A stretch of 32,000 nt of DNA from Candidatus Saccharimonadota bacterium (lineage in GTDB: Bacteria; Pseudomonadota; Gammaproteobacteria; Enterobacterales; Enterobacteriaceae): positions 330,001 through 362,000 of the forward strand of contig NZ_CP097762.1 in NCBI RefSeq assembly GCF_023585745.1, in the 5' to 3' direction. Numbering within the stretch: the first letter of the stretch is position 1; the number at the start of each line of letters is the position of its first letter. Under the pieces are notes generated by a model that saw only the letters and a program-made list of their open reading frames with translations, made no database searches and was not told the origin of the DNA. A program made the translations under genes and the position numbers. Below, in pieces: positions 10,148 to 19,634 of the stretch.

Positions 10148-10626
10148 TCACTTATATGTAGTATAGCAACATGTTTTATATCCACATAATTGAATAATAA
10201 TGATTTCCATTTTTTGCATTAACAAAGCATCTGTATCGTAAATATGATTATATCCCAATAAATGCAATGCACCATGAATAACTATATGAGCCCAATGCAC
10301 ACGACTATATCTTGGGATGTTTATCTGATTAGATTCATGTTCTATAACTTGACGGCAAATTACAATATCTCCAAGCAATGATGATTTAACATTCATTGGA
10401 GGCGCAAAAGGAAATGATAAAACGTTAGTTGGATAATCTTTTCCTGCGTAATACCAATTTAAATAACACATTTCCTCTATATCTACCACACGAATAGTCA
10501 ATTCTATTTTTTTTTATATGTGGCAAATACATTATTTACCCAAAAAAGAAATTGTTCTTCAGAAGGCAATCCATATAAATTTTTGCACACTAATTGCAAA
10601 TTTAAAATTATTTTGTTATGAAACAT
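10148..10626 (-). CDS. ybeY: Endoribonuclease YbeY (16S rRNA 3'-end maturation), reading frame interrupted at an A9 homopolymer
   Basis: The track ORF 10148..10501 (TIRVVD..PTNVLSFPF..LGDIVICRQV..HWAHIVIHGALHLLGYNH) corresponds to YbeY residues from about 41 to the end and starts at a TTG. The missing N-terminus (MFHNKIILNLQLVCKNLYGLPSEEQFLFWVNNVFATYKKK*) is encoded from the ATG at 10626 in another frame. It aligns with E. coli ..[28 protein letters not shown]... The two frames meet in a run of nine A on the coding strand (+ strand T9, 10507..10515). A tenth A would give a contiguous 159-aa protein. Confidence 0.85.
10507..10515 (-). repeat. A9 homopolymer on the coding strand (T9 on +) at the ybeY frameshift site; candidate slippage site
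   Basis: Counted directly: + strand 10501 attcta-ttttttttt-atatg. The coding strand reads TAT AAA AAA AAA TAG. With A10 it would read TAT AAA AAA AAA ATA GAA TTG ACT ATT CGT GTG. Confidence 0.9.
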
Positions 10627-10747
10627 AAATTTATACCTTTATATTTAAAATTATAAATTACATAATTTTTTAAATTATTTATTTATTTAATATTAAAAAT
10701 AAAATTACATGTATCACTATATAAAATATATAAACAAATAATAACTT

Positions 10748-11734
10748 CTACTTTTTACACCAAGTCTCATAAGCATCTATTATACGAGTAACTATTGCGT
10801 GACGTACTGAATCTTCTTTAGAAAAAAAATTAAAACTAATATCTTTAATTTTAGATAAAACTTGAATAGCATGTATCAACCCAGATAATTGATTTTTTGG
10901 TAAATCAACTTGTGTAATATCTCCTGTAATAATCGCAGTGGAATTAAACCCAATACGAGTCAGAAACATCTTCATTTGAGTAACAGTCGTATTTTGACTT
11001 TCATCTAAAATAACAACGGAATCATTCAATGTACGACCACGCATATAAGCTAACGGAGCTACATCTATAACATTCTTGTGTACTAACTGCTCTACTTTTT
11101 CATGACCAAGTATACTAAATAAAGCATCATATAATGGACGTATATACGGATCAGATTTTTGATTTAAATCACCTGGTAAAAAACCTAATTTTTCCCCTGC
11201 TTCAATAGCTGGACGAGTTAAAACAATGTATTTTCTTTTACGACGTTCTAATAAATCTATCGCGGCAGCGATTGCTAAATAAGTCTTACCAGTTCCAGCC
11301 GGTCCTATTCCAAATGTTATATCATAACTAAAAATATTAGAAATATATTGCGCTTGATTAGGAGTACGGGGCTTCACTATATTACTTTTCATAATAAATT
11401 GTTTTAAGGAATCATAAACATAATCTGTCGATTTTATTGATAATCTTTCTAACCCTTGAATTTGTTTAACAGTCAAATATACTTTCTTTGGACTAATATC
11501 ATTAATTACTCCAACTTCAACTTCTGTGTCTGAATATAAAGCTAATAAAACATTAGCTGCAGTATTAATAGCAATTAATTTTCCTATTAATTTAAATACA
11601 TTGTCGTAACGATTAATTACTACGCCTAATTGATGCTCTAACTGTTTTAAATTATCATCAAAAGGTCCGCATAAACTCATTAAACGCCTATTATTAATAG
11701 GATTTAATCTAATTTCTTTCTTTACATAATCCAA
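10748..11734 (-). CDS. ybeZ: PhoH-like ATPase YbeZ
   Basis: The 328-aa ORF is colinear with E. coli YbeZ (LSLCGPFDDN.KQLE; Walker A GPAGTGKTYLA; LTRPAIEAGEKLGFLPGD; ILDESQNTT). The start is a TTG at 11734, preceded by GGAG (11742..11745) with 7-nt spacing. Confidence 0.93.
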   Translation of the reverse strand: MDYVKKEIRLNPINNRRLMSLCGPFDDNLKQLEHQLGVVINRYDNVFKLIGKLIAINTAANVLLALYSDTEVEVGVINDISPKKVYLTVKQIQGLERLSIKSTDYVYDSLKQFIMKSNIVKPRTPNQAQYISNIFSYDITFGIGPAGTGKTYLAIAAAIDLLERRKRKYIVLTRPAIEAGEKLGFLPGDLNQKSDPYIRPLYDALFSILGHEKVEQLVHKNVIDVAPLAYMRGRTLNDSVVILDESQNTTVTQMKMFLTRIGFNSTAIITGDITQVDLPKNQLSGLIHAIQVLSKIKDISFNFFSKEDSVRHAIVTRIIDAYETWCKK

Positions 11735-12074
11735 GTAATATCTCCAAATATTTAAAACATTTCCACTATATTCGGAACACTAATGTTCATTGCTACCATA
11801 ACTATCTAAAATAAATAGGGTATATTTTACATTAAATATATATATTCTTAATATATAAAACTAATTTATAGATGATGAGGTAATCTCAAAGCATCTGAGA
11901 TTAAAGTATATCAATCCATACGTCAAGAATATACATTCTCAGTTAAATCAAACAATATGTTATATATTAATATAGATATATTATCTATAATGTATAATAT
12001 TGCAAAATAAATATATAGTTTTATTAATAAATAAAGCTATAAAAATCCTTTTAATTACGCCACGCTCATATCAT

Positions 12075-13250
12075 ATGAATAAACTATTTTGCGATGTATT
12101 AATATTTGGAGCCGGTATAATCGGCGCATCATTAGCTTTACAACTTTCAAAATCGGGCATTAAAGTAATCATAATAGAACGTCATCATCTTGCTCCAATT
12201 AAAAAACAACCATTAACTCGCATTGCAGCTATTAATTATTCCTCAGCAAAATTTTTAAAAACATTTAATATATGGGAAAAAATTTCTTCTGCACTCTATA
12301 CTTCATACAATCAATTAGAAACTTGGGAATGGAAATCATCAAAAGTAACTTTTCAAGCTTCATATGCAGGTATATCTACCATGGGTTATATTGTTGAAAA
12401 CATTCGTTTACAATCAGCACTGTGGGAAAATTTAATATCTCAAACAATAAAATTGTTTTGTCCATCAACATTAGTTTCTATAAGTTACAATAACAACGCT
12501 TGGAAATCCATTTTAGATAATAGACAAATAATTATTAGCAAAATATTAGTGGGAGCTGATGGAATACATTCACAAATCAGAAAACAATTAGGTATAGGAA
12601 TTATGGGTTGGAAATATCAACAATGCTGTATGTTAATAACTATTAAAACATTCTTTAAAAAATCTGAAACTATTTGGCAAATTTTCAGTCCCTATGGTCC
12701 TATAGGATTCTTACCGTTATATAACGGGTGGGGATCATTAATGTGGTACAATACCCCTGAACAAATTTATAGTTTGCAAAAACTACCCAGAAGAATTTTG
12801 GAAAAAATAATAAAATATAACTTTCATGAACAACTAGGGAATTATGTTAAAATATATAACATTACTGTGGTTCCATTAATTAGTCAAAGAGCATATAAAT
12901 ATACTACTCCTCTGGGAGGAGTATTAGTGGGTGACTCAGCGCACTCTTTACATCCCTTAGCAGGACAAGGAATAAACCTTGGGCTACGTGATGTAATCAG
13001 TTTATCTAAATTATTAATAACTAACGTCCGGGTCTTTGAAGAACATTCAAGTATAGAAGAAATATTACACAACTATCAAAATACACGTAAATATGATACC
13101 TTTCTCATGCAATCTAGCATAGATATGCTATATCTAATTTTTCATAATAATTATTTTCCTATAAAAATTGCTAGAAATATTGCATTTATGATAGTGGAAC
13201 GTTCTAAATTTTTAAAAAAACAAATACTGAAATATGCATTAGGGCTATGA
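12075..13250 (+). CDS. ubiF: FAD-dependent ubiquinone-biosynthesis hydroxylase (UbiF type)
   Basis: The GxGxxG FAD fold (IFGAGIIGASLAL) sits right after the ATG at 12075, giving 391 aa, the same as E. coli UbiF. Conserved blocks include GDSAHSLHPLAGQGINLG and a C-terminus KYALGL identical to E. coli UbiF. The position between ybeZ and the metT tRNA operon matches ubiF. The track ORF begins at a TTG at 12000, but those 25 extra residues have no counterpart. UbiH and UbiI paralogs cannot be excluded without a search. Confidence 0.85.
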   Translation: MNKLFCDVLIFGAGIIGASLALQLSKSGIKVIIIERHHLAPIKKQPLTRIAAINYSSAKFLKTFNIWEKISSALYTSYNQLETWEWKSSKVTFQASYAGISTMGYIVENIRLQSALWENLISQTIKLFCPSTLVSISYNNNAWKSILDNRQIIISKILVGADGIHSQIRKQLGIGIMGWKYQQCCMLITIKTFFKKSETIWQIFSPYGPIGFLPLYNGWGSLMWYNTPEQIYSLQKLPRRILEKIIKYNFHEQLGNYVKIYNITVVPLISQRAYKYTTPLGGVLVGDSAHSLHPLAGQGINLGLRDVISLSKLLITNVRVFEEHSSIEEILHNYQNTRKYDTFLMQSSIDMLYLIFHNNYFPIKIARNIAFMIVERSKFLKKQILKYALGL

Positions 13251-13499
13251 AATCAACACTCATAAACATTATACTAACAATAGTTTTTATTAAATAAAAT
13301 ATAAAATTTTTGTTTAAAAATATGTTTAAATTAATTTAATAAATAAAACTTCAATTTTCTAATTGAAAATTAAATTGTTTTGTTTCAGTATCATTCATAA
13401 AATCTATATATATCCTTACCTTATATGAATCTTTTATACACAAAACCCTTATACTTTGTATAATTATATTGATATATAATTAATAATCAAATATAAAAT

Positions 13500-13570
13500 C
13501 TGGGGCACCAGGATTCGAACCTGGAATCACGGGATCAAAACCCGTTGCCTTACCATTTGGCTATGCCCCA
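13500..13570 (-). tRNA. glnU: tRNA-Gln (anticodon UUG), no encoded CCA
   Basis: The reverse complement is TGGGGCA TA GCCA AATGGTA AGGC A ACGGG TTTTGAT CCCGT GATT CCAGG TTCGAAT CCTGG TGCCCCA G. This folds as a full cloverleaf with anticodon loop TT-TTG-AT and is close to E. coli tRNA-Gln. The discriminator G is followed by ATT, not CCA. Confidence 0.93.
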
Positions 13571-13672
13571 AATCATATCCATATATAAATAAACATTTAC
13601 TTACAAACTAAAACAATACATACCTATCTATGATACTATCATTAATAACACGAATATATTTTATACGTAAAA

Positions 13673-13757
13673 TACGGAAGGCGAGACTTGAACTCGCATA
13701 CTTTTATAAAGTATCAGACTCTAAACCTGACGCGTCTACCAATTTCGCCACTCCCGT
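13673..13757 (-). tRNA. leuW: tRNA-Leu (anticodon UAG), class II with long variable arm, no encoded CCA
   Basis: The reverse complement is ACGGGAG TG GCGAAATTGGTAGACGC G TCAGG TTTAGAG TCTGA TACTTTATAAAAGTAT GCGAG TTCAAGT CTCGC CTTCCGT A. The acceptor, anticodon, variable (TACTTT/AAAGTA) and T stems all pair, and the anticodon is TAG. Its position after metT matches E. coli leuW. Confidence 0.92.
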
Positions 13758-13823
13758 ATAGTTTATATACATCATAAAATATACATAATAACTCTCTTGA
13801 GTTATGGTCTTATAGTGTAAAAA

Positions 13824-13898
<75 letters not shown>

Positions 13899-14270
13899 AC
13901 ACAACACAGACGTTTATATTTATCTATAGATAAATATCTATAACTTTAATTAAAGAAAAAATATATATTAGTTATAAATATCATACTTCTGAAAGTATGT
14001 AATACCATATACTATTCAAATATAATAATCAATTTTATTCTATAAAATAAGAAGTTACATAATTTATTTTTAATATTAATAATAAAACTATTTTTTCTAA
14101 ATACTTTTATATATAAATTAAACTTAGAATAAATAATTTAGTAAAATACCACAACCCCAACTGATATTAAATACTATTCAATATAACAATATTAATAATT
14201 TTAATATAAATTAATTAAATAATAAGTATAGAAAATACCTTTTATTTCAGAAAATATGAATAATTAAAAA

Positions 14271-15422
14271 TTATACATCCAATACCATTCCATTAACAAC
14301 AATTTTCTTTATTCGATAATTTTCGTCAAAAATAGTTAAATTAGCAATTTTATTTATCTCGATGCTACCCAAATAACCATCTATACCTATAGACTTTGCA
14401 GGATATAAGGTAGCCATACGCAGCGCTTCATCCAATGGTATATTGGCATATTGCACCATATTTTTTATTGCCTGAATCATCATTAAAGTTGATCCACTTA
14501 ATACGCCTGCATTATCTATACATACACCATTGCTATGGTGTATAATTTTATTAGAGAAATAAAACTTAGTTATTACATTACGTGATCCTGCGGGACCAAT
14601 AGCATCAGTTACTAAAATTATATGGTCTCTTTTAATTTCTTTTGCATATCGTATATTAGCCCAATGCACATGCAATCCATCCGCTATGATACTACAATAT
14701 ATATCAGACGTATCTAAAATTGCTCCAACAATTCCAGGATCACGAGGAAAAATTGATGGCATAGCATTAAACAAATGAGTACCAAAAGTAATACCATAGG
14801 AAAAACTACACTTCGCCTGGGCATAAGTGGCGTTAGAATGTCCAATTGCAACACAAATTCCTGCGTCCTTTAATTCTCTTATGAGAACCATATCTAACAT
14901 TTCTGGAGCAAGAGTAATTTTTTTTACAACATCACTATTATCACATAAATAGTGAATCATCTTCTTATTAGGGACACGAATAAATACAGCATCATGTATC
15001 CCCTTTTTTATAGGATTTATAAAAGGACCTTCTAAATGTAAACCCAAAATTTGATTTTTGTTTCTTGACATAAAACCGCGCACAACTTCAATTGCATGAT
15101 TCATCACAATCTCGCTACTAGTAATTAAAGTTGGCAAAAAACTAATACAACCAAAACGCTGATTAGTTTTCATCATATTATACAATGTATATTCTGAAAC
15201 TGCATCCAAATTATCACTAAATTGTACACCACCACATCCATTAATTTGCAAATCTATAAATCCAGGCGATAAAATCAAATCTGAAACATCAAATATGTTT
15301 ATATATCCAGGTAATTTGCTAATAATACAAATATCCTTAATAATATCATTAGAAATTATAAGTGCATGCTCCGTAAGCAACTCTTTACCAGTATATATTT
15401 TACCGTTAACCAACGCGTACAT
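14271..15422 (-). CDS. nagA: N-acetylglucosamine-6-phosphate deacetylase
   Basis: The ORF is 383 aa (E. coli NagA is 382 aa). Amidohydrolase motifs are present (GFIDLQINGCGG, HLEGPFI, GTHLFNAMP, DGLHV). It lies immediately downstream of nagB, as in the E. coli nagBACD operon. Confidence 0.95.
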   Translation of the reverse strand: MYALVNGKIYTGKELLTEHALIISNDIIKDICIISKLPGYINIFDVSDLILSPGFIDLQINGCGGVQFSDNLDAVSEYTLYNMMKTNQRFGCISFLPTLITSSEIVMNHAIEVVRGFMSRNKNQILGLHLEGPFINPIKKGIHDAVFIRVPNKKMIHYLCDNSDVVKKITLAPEMLDMVLIRELKDAGICVAIGHSNATYAQAKCSFSYGITFGTHLFNAMPSIFPRDPGIVGAILDTSDIYCSIIADGLHVHWANIRYAKEIKRDHIILVTDAIGPAGSRNVITKFYFSNKIIHHSNGVCIDNAGVLSGSTLMMIQAIKNMVQYANIPLDEALRMATLYPAKSIGIDGYLGSIEINKIANLTIFDENYRIKKIVVNGMVLDV

Positions 15423-15449
15423 ATAATATCATATTAAATAGCACTCTAC

Positions 15450-16229
15450 TTATTCCAATTCCCTAAAGTATTTAACTGTTTTCACCTTTAATTCCATGGT
15501 TGATAATTCATCACATACTAATATCGCTTTTGGATGTAATTGTAAACAACTAATAGTCCACATATGATTAATACCATCTTCAATAGCTGCACGAACTGCC
15601 GCTGCCTTACTTAAACCTGTTGCTATAATCACTATTTCTTTTGATTCCAATAATGTAGCTAGTCCAATAGTCAATGCAAATTTCGGTACCAAATTTAAAT
15701 TGTTATTAAAAAATCTAGCATTTGATAAACGAGTGTCCTGACTCAATTTTTCTACTCTAGTGCGCGACTTCAAAGAAGAACCTGGTTCATTAAAAGCAAC
15801 ATGCCCGTCTTTACCAACTCCACCAATAAATAAATTAATACCGCCATAAGATTTTATTTTATTTTCATATTCCTGACATTCATATTCAATATCATTAGTA
15901 GTACCATTTAATACATAAACGTTTTGTTTCGGAATATCAATATAATTAACAAAATTCATATGTATAAAACTATAATAACTTCTTAAATCTTCTCGAGATA
16001 AGCCCAAATATTCATCCATTGTAAATATCACTACATCTTTAAAACTTACTTTATCAGATTTATACATTTTTATAATATTTGCATACATTTGAATTGGAGT
16101 TTTGCCTGCAGGCAATCCTAAAACAAAAGGCTTATCAACAGTTGGATGAAAAGCATTAATACAACGCACTACATAATGTGCCACCCATTGAGCAACATGA
16201 TCAGCAGTATCTAAAAATATAGCTCTCAT
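15450..16229 (-). CDS. nagB: Glucosamine-6-phosphate deaminase
   Basis: The 259-aa ORF is colinear with E. coli NagB ([70 protein letters not shown]). Confidence 0.96.
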   Translation of the reverse strand: MRAIFLDTADHVAQWVAHYVVRCINAFHPTVDKPFVLGLPAGKTPIQMYANIIKMYKSDKVSFKDVVIFTMDEYLGLSREDLRSYYSFIHMNFVNYIDIPKQNVYVLNGTTNDIEYECQEYENKIKSYGGINLFIGGVGKDGHVAFNEPGSSLKSRTRVEKLSQDTRLSNARFFNNNLNLVPKFALTIGLATLLESKEIVIIATGLSKAAAVRAAIEDGINHMWTISCLQLHPKAILVCDELSTMELKVKTVKYFRELE

Positions 16230-17016
16230 ATTAAATCCTTATTTAAAAGGAAACATTAGTTTTCAAATTAACTCAACTAACAATAAATACTAAAACACAC
16301 TATTTAATTTGAAAATACTTAAATACCATTATTCAAATTAAAAATTATCCATATTTTATACAAAAACCTGATAATCTAATAGGATTACAAATTTTTACAT
16401 ACTAAGCAAAACTTAAATAATTAACCTGTAATACTACAACACATTTAAACTTATTACTCTAAATATTTTATTAAATAACAAAGATTTTTTATGCAACATT
16501 CTATCTTAAATAAAATTAAACGCAAATAACATAATTAATTATTACAAACTGTAATAAAAAATTATATATAAAATATATATATTTAAATACCACTATTTTA
16601 ATAAATATTAAAATAAAAAATTATACGTAATATACGGCATCAATACACACGTTAAATACTATTAACAAAAAATAAAAATAACCATCTTAAAATAAGATGA
16701 ATATAATGTATTATTTGTATAATACCAAATATTATGAAAATAAATTTTCATATACTAATATTTTTACAAAAACATCACTTTATCATTAAACAATTTTAAT
16801 AATTAAAATTATTTGATATTGTGTACTACAATACAAAAATATTTTTATTTTTTTTTACACAAAAATATAACTGTATTAACACACTTGAATGTTAAAATTT
16901 TTAATATCAGTAACTTTTTAAAACAAATTTGCAATAAAACTTATTAAAACATATATAAAGAATTTCTTACATTAATATTAGTTGTATATTTAACTACACT
17001 AATAAATATAAAGGAT

Positions 17017-18705
17017 ATGTATATGAAAGTTCTTAAGAATTTTCAATTCAACTTCATCTATAATATTATTTACAAAGATTTGCAATCAAAAAAAATCAAA
17101 CAGGTACATACACGATTTCCTCCAGAACCAAATGGGTACTTGCATATTGGACATGCTAAGGCTATTTGTTTAAATTTTGGCATAGCACAATATTACAATG
17201 GTAAATGTAATTTACGATTTGATGATACTAATCCAGAAACAGGACGTATAGAATATCGTGAATCTATTAAAAATGATATTAAATGGTTAGGATTTATGTG
17301 GGATGGAAACATACACTATACTACAGATTATATTGAAGAACTGTATAACTATGCTATTAAACTAATTAATAAAGGATTAGCATACGTAGATGAATTATCA
17401 ATGGATGATATTAAAAAATACCGTGGTACATTAAAAAAATCTGGAAAAAATAGTCCATATCGTTCTAGGAGTATTAAAGAAAATTTATTCCAATTTTCTA
17501 AAATGCGAGATGGCGGGTTTACAGAAGGTTCAGCGTGTTTACGAGCTAAAATTGATATGTCCTCTCATTCTATAGTAATGCGCGATCCAGTTCTATATCG
17601 AATTAAATATGCTACTCACTATCGTATTGGAAATAGTTGGTGTATATACCCAACATATGACTTTAGCCATTGTATTGCAGACGCAATAGAAGGAATCACT
17701 CATTCTTTATGTACCTTAGAATTTCAAGAAAACCGTACTTTATATAATTGGATATTAAATAATATTGATATTACCACTACTCATCCTGCTCAATATGAAT
17801 TTTCTCGATTAAATTTAGCATATACAATTACATCTAAACGTAAACTTAATATTTTAATTAAAAATAATATAGTCGAAGGATGGGATGATCCAAGAATGCC
17901 AACTATTTCTGGATTAAGACGACGCGGATATACAGCAGAATCAATCAAAGAATTTTGTTATAGAATTGGTATTAGCAAACAAGACAGTCTAATAAAATTA
18001 TCATTTTTAGAAGCATGTATTCGTTCCTATTTAAATAAAAGCGCACCAAGAATTATGGCTGTAATAAATCCAATAAAAATTATTATCACTAATTTGCCAC
18101 AAGAACATACAGAAAATATTCGAGTTCCGAATCACCCAAACTCCCCAGATATGGGGACACGAATTGTAATTTTCAGTAAAGAAATTTTTATAAATAAAAA
18201 TGATTTTTCTGAGACTGCACTACACACTACACTCCACAAATTAACTATAGGAAAAGAAATAAGATTAAGACATTCTTATATAATAAAAGCAGAATATCTT
18301 GAAAAAGATACTTTTGGTAATTTAATTTGCATTTACTGTAGTTATGATCCGTCTACTTTAAATAAACACCCTAAAGATGGGAGAAAAATAACTGGCGTAA
18401 TTCAATGGGTCTCCGCATATAAATATATAAACACAGAGTTTCGATTCTACAATAATCTATTTCTTCATTCTAATTTATCTACAGTTAAAGACTTTTTACA
18501 TCACGTTAATCCGAATTCCATAATAACTTATAAAGGTTTCTCAGAAAACAACGAAGAGTTGCTATCTGATAAAAAATTAATTAATCTATGTCAAATTGAA
18601 CGAGAAGGCTATTTTACTGTAGAAAAATCCCAAAAAAACACTAAAACTATAACACCTACTATAATATTTAGTAGAATTGTAACATTAAAAACACCAAAAC
18701 TATAA
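17017..18705 (+). CDS. glnS: Glutaminyl-tRNA synthetase
   Basis: The 562-aa ORF matches E. coli GlnRS very strongly ([28 protein letters not shown]; CLRAKIDM; TSKRKLN; [20 protein letters not shown]). An AAGGA at 17011..17015 is only 1 nt from the ATG at 17017 but 7 nt from the ATG at 17023. The real start may therefore be 17023. Confidence 0.96.
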   Translation: MYMKVLKNFQFNFIYNIIYKDLQSKKIKQVHTRFPPEPNGYLHIGHAKAICLNFGIAQYYNGKCNLRFDDTNPETGRIEYRESIKNDIKWLGFMWDGNIHYTTDYIEELYNYAIKLINKGLAYVDELSMDDIKKYRGTLKKSGKNSPYRSRSIKENLFQFSKMRDGGFTEGSACLRAKIDMSSHSIVMRDPVLYRIKYATHYRIGNSWCIYPTYDFSHCIADAIEGITHSLCTLEFQENRTLYNWILNNIDITTTHPAQYEFSRLNLAYTITSKRKLNILIKNNIVEGWDDPRMPTISGLRRRGYTAESIKEFCYRIGISKQDSLIKLSFLEACIRSYLNKSAPRIMAVINPIKIIITNLPQEHTENIRVPNHPNSPDMGTRIVIFSKEIFINKNDFSETALHTTLHKLTIGKEIRLRHSYIIKAEYLEKDTFGNLICIYCSYDPSTLNKHPKDGRKITGVIQWVSAYKYINTEFRFYNNLFLHSNLSTVKDFLHHVNPNSIITYKGFSENNEELLSDKKLINLCQIEREGYFTVEKSQKNTKTITPTIIFSRIVTLKTPKL

Positions 18706-18898
18706 GAAACTATTACAACAAAATTTATATACTATATACACTGACTATAATAATTCAAATAATACTTGCTATCTTTAAGAAAATAATACAAATAAATATA
18801 TTTCATTTGATTTAATTTTTATTAAACCTAAAAATACAAAAAAACCGTTTTTACCTTAAAATAAATATTTATTAATTACACTAAATTCATAAATGTAT

Positions 18899-19435
18899 CT
18901 ATTTTGTCTGCACTGAATTAATATTCATTTCATAACAAATCTGATTAACCCATTTTTTCACACGAATTTCCGTCATTTCAGGTTGACGATCTTCATCAAT
19001 CGCTAATCCAACAAATTTATCTGAATCAATCAAACTTTTAGACCCATCAAAATTATATCCAAATACCGGCCATAATCCTACCACAACAGCGCCATTTTTT
19101 GAAATAATATTATATAATATTCTCATAGCATCACAAAAATATTCTGAATAATCTTCTTGATCTCCACATCCAAAAATTGCAACTTTCTTACCAGAAAAAT
19201 TAATACTTTTTAATACAGGCAAAAAATCATCCCAATCACACTGGGGGTCACCATAATACCAAGTAGGTATGCCAAATAATAATTTGTCATAATTTTCTAT
19301 ATCTTCTTTAGAACTAACGGAAATATCAAAAATATCCGCAATATCAGATCCTAACTGCATACGAATCATATTAGCTAATTTTTCAGTATTACCTGTATCA
19401 CTACTAAAAAAAATACCTACCAATGATTTTCTCAT
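18899..19435 (-). CDS. fldA: Flavodoxin 1
   Basis: From the ATG at 19435 the ORF reads [24 protein letters not shown]... It aligns with E. coli FldA from residue 1 (MAITGIFFGSDTGNTENIAKMI) through [13 protein letters not shown]. This gives 178 aa against 176 aa in E. coli. The track ORF adds 10 residues from a GTG at 19465, which I consider spurious. Confidence 0.93.
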   Translation of the reverse strand: MRKSLVGIFFSSDTGNTEKLANMIRMQLGSDIADIFDISVSSKEDIENYDKLLFGIPTWYYGDPQCDWDDFLPVLKSINFSGKKVAIFGCGDQEDYSEYFCDAMRILYNIISKNGAVVVGLWPVFGYNFDGSKSLIDSDKFVGLAIDEDRQPEMTEIRVKKWVNQICYEMNINSVQTK

Positions 19436-19634
19436 AATTTCCAACCCATAATATATTATTAACACATATTTTACTAATAATCCTATCTAAATATAGATAT
19501 ATGTCTTATTAAAAAACATTATTGACCTACACATCATAACATAATATGTATTTACGAACCATCTAAAAAAAATCTAAAAGAACAATTTAAAATAACGAAA
19601 ACGAAAAACATTATGATATATAATGTTATTAAAA

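Noticed and set aside
12000-12074. A 25-codon N-terminal extension of ubiF from a TTG at 12000, and a 10-codon extension of fldA from a GTG at 19465.
   Set aside because: The extensions have no counterpart in the E. coli orthologs. The internal ATGs at 12075 and 19435 give proteins that align from residue 1 and match ortholog lengths (391 aa, and 178 aa against 176 aa).
13353-13371. A hairpin, AATTTTC-taatt-GAAAATT, followed by a T-rich stretch, considered as a possible ubiF terminator.
   Set aside because: The stem is only 7 bp with a single G:C pair, and it lies about 100 nt past the ubiF stop. Equivalent weak AT hairpins are abundant in these spacers, so the evidence is not enough to annotate a terminator.
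16553-16625. A 14-nt direct repeat AATAAAAAATTATA at 16553..16566 and 16612..16625 in the nagB-glnS spacer.
   Set aside because: It is a low-complexity A/T string in a spacer that is almost entirely A/T. There are only two copies, and nothing resembles array regularity. Chance is the simplest explanation.
18838-18856. AAAAAAACCGTTTTTACC, considered as a possible terminator hairpin between glnS and fldA.
   Set aside because: The complementary arms (AAAAAC/GTTTTT) are separated by only one nucleotide, so no viable loop can form. It is not a hairpin.
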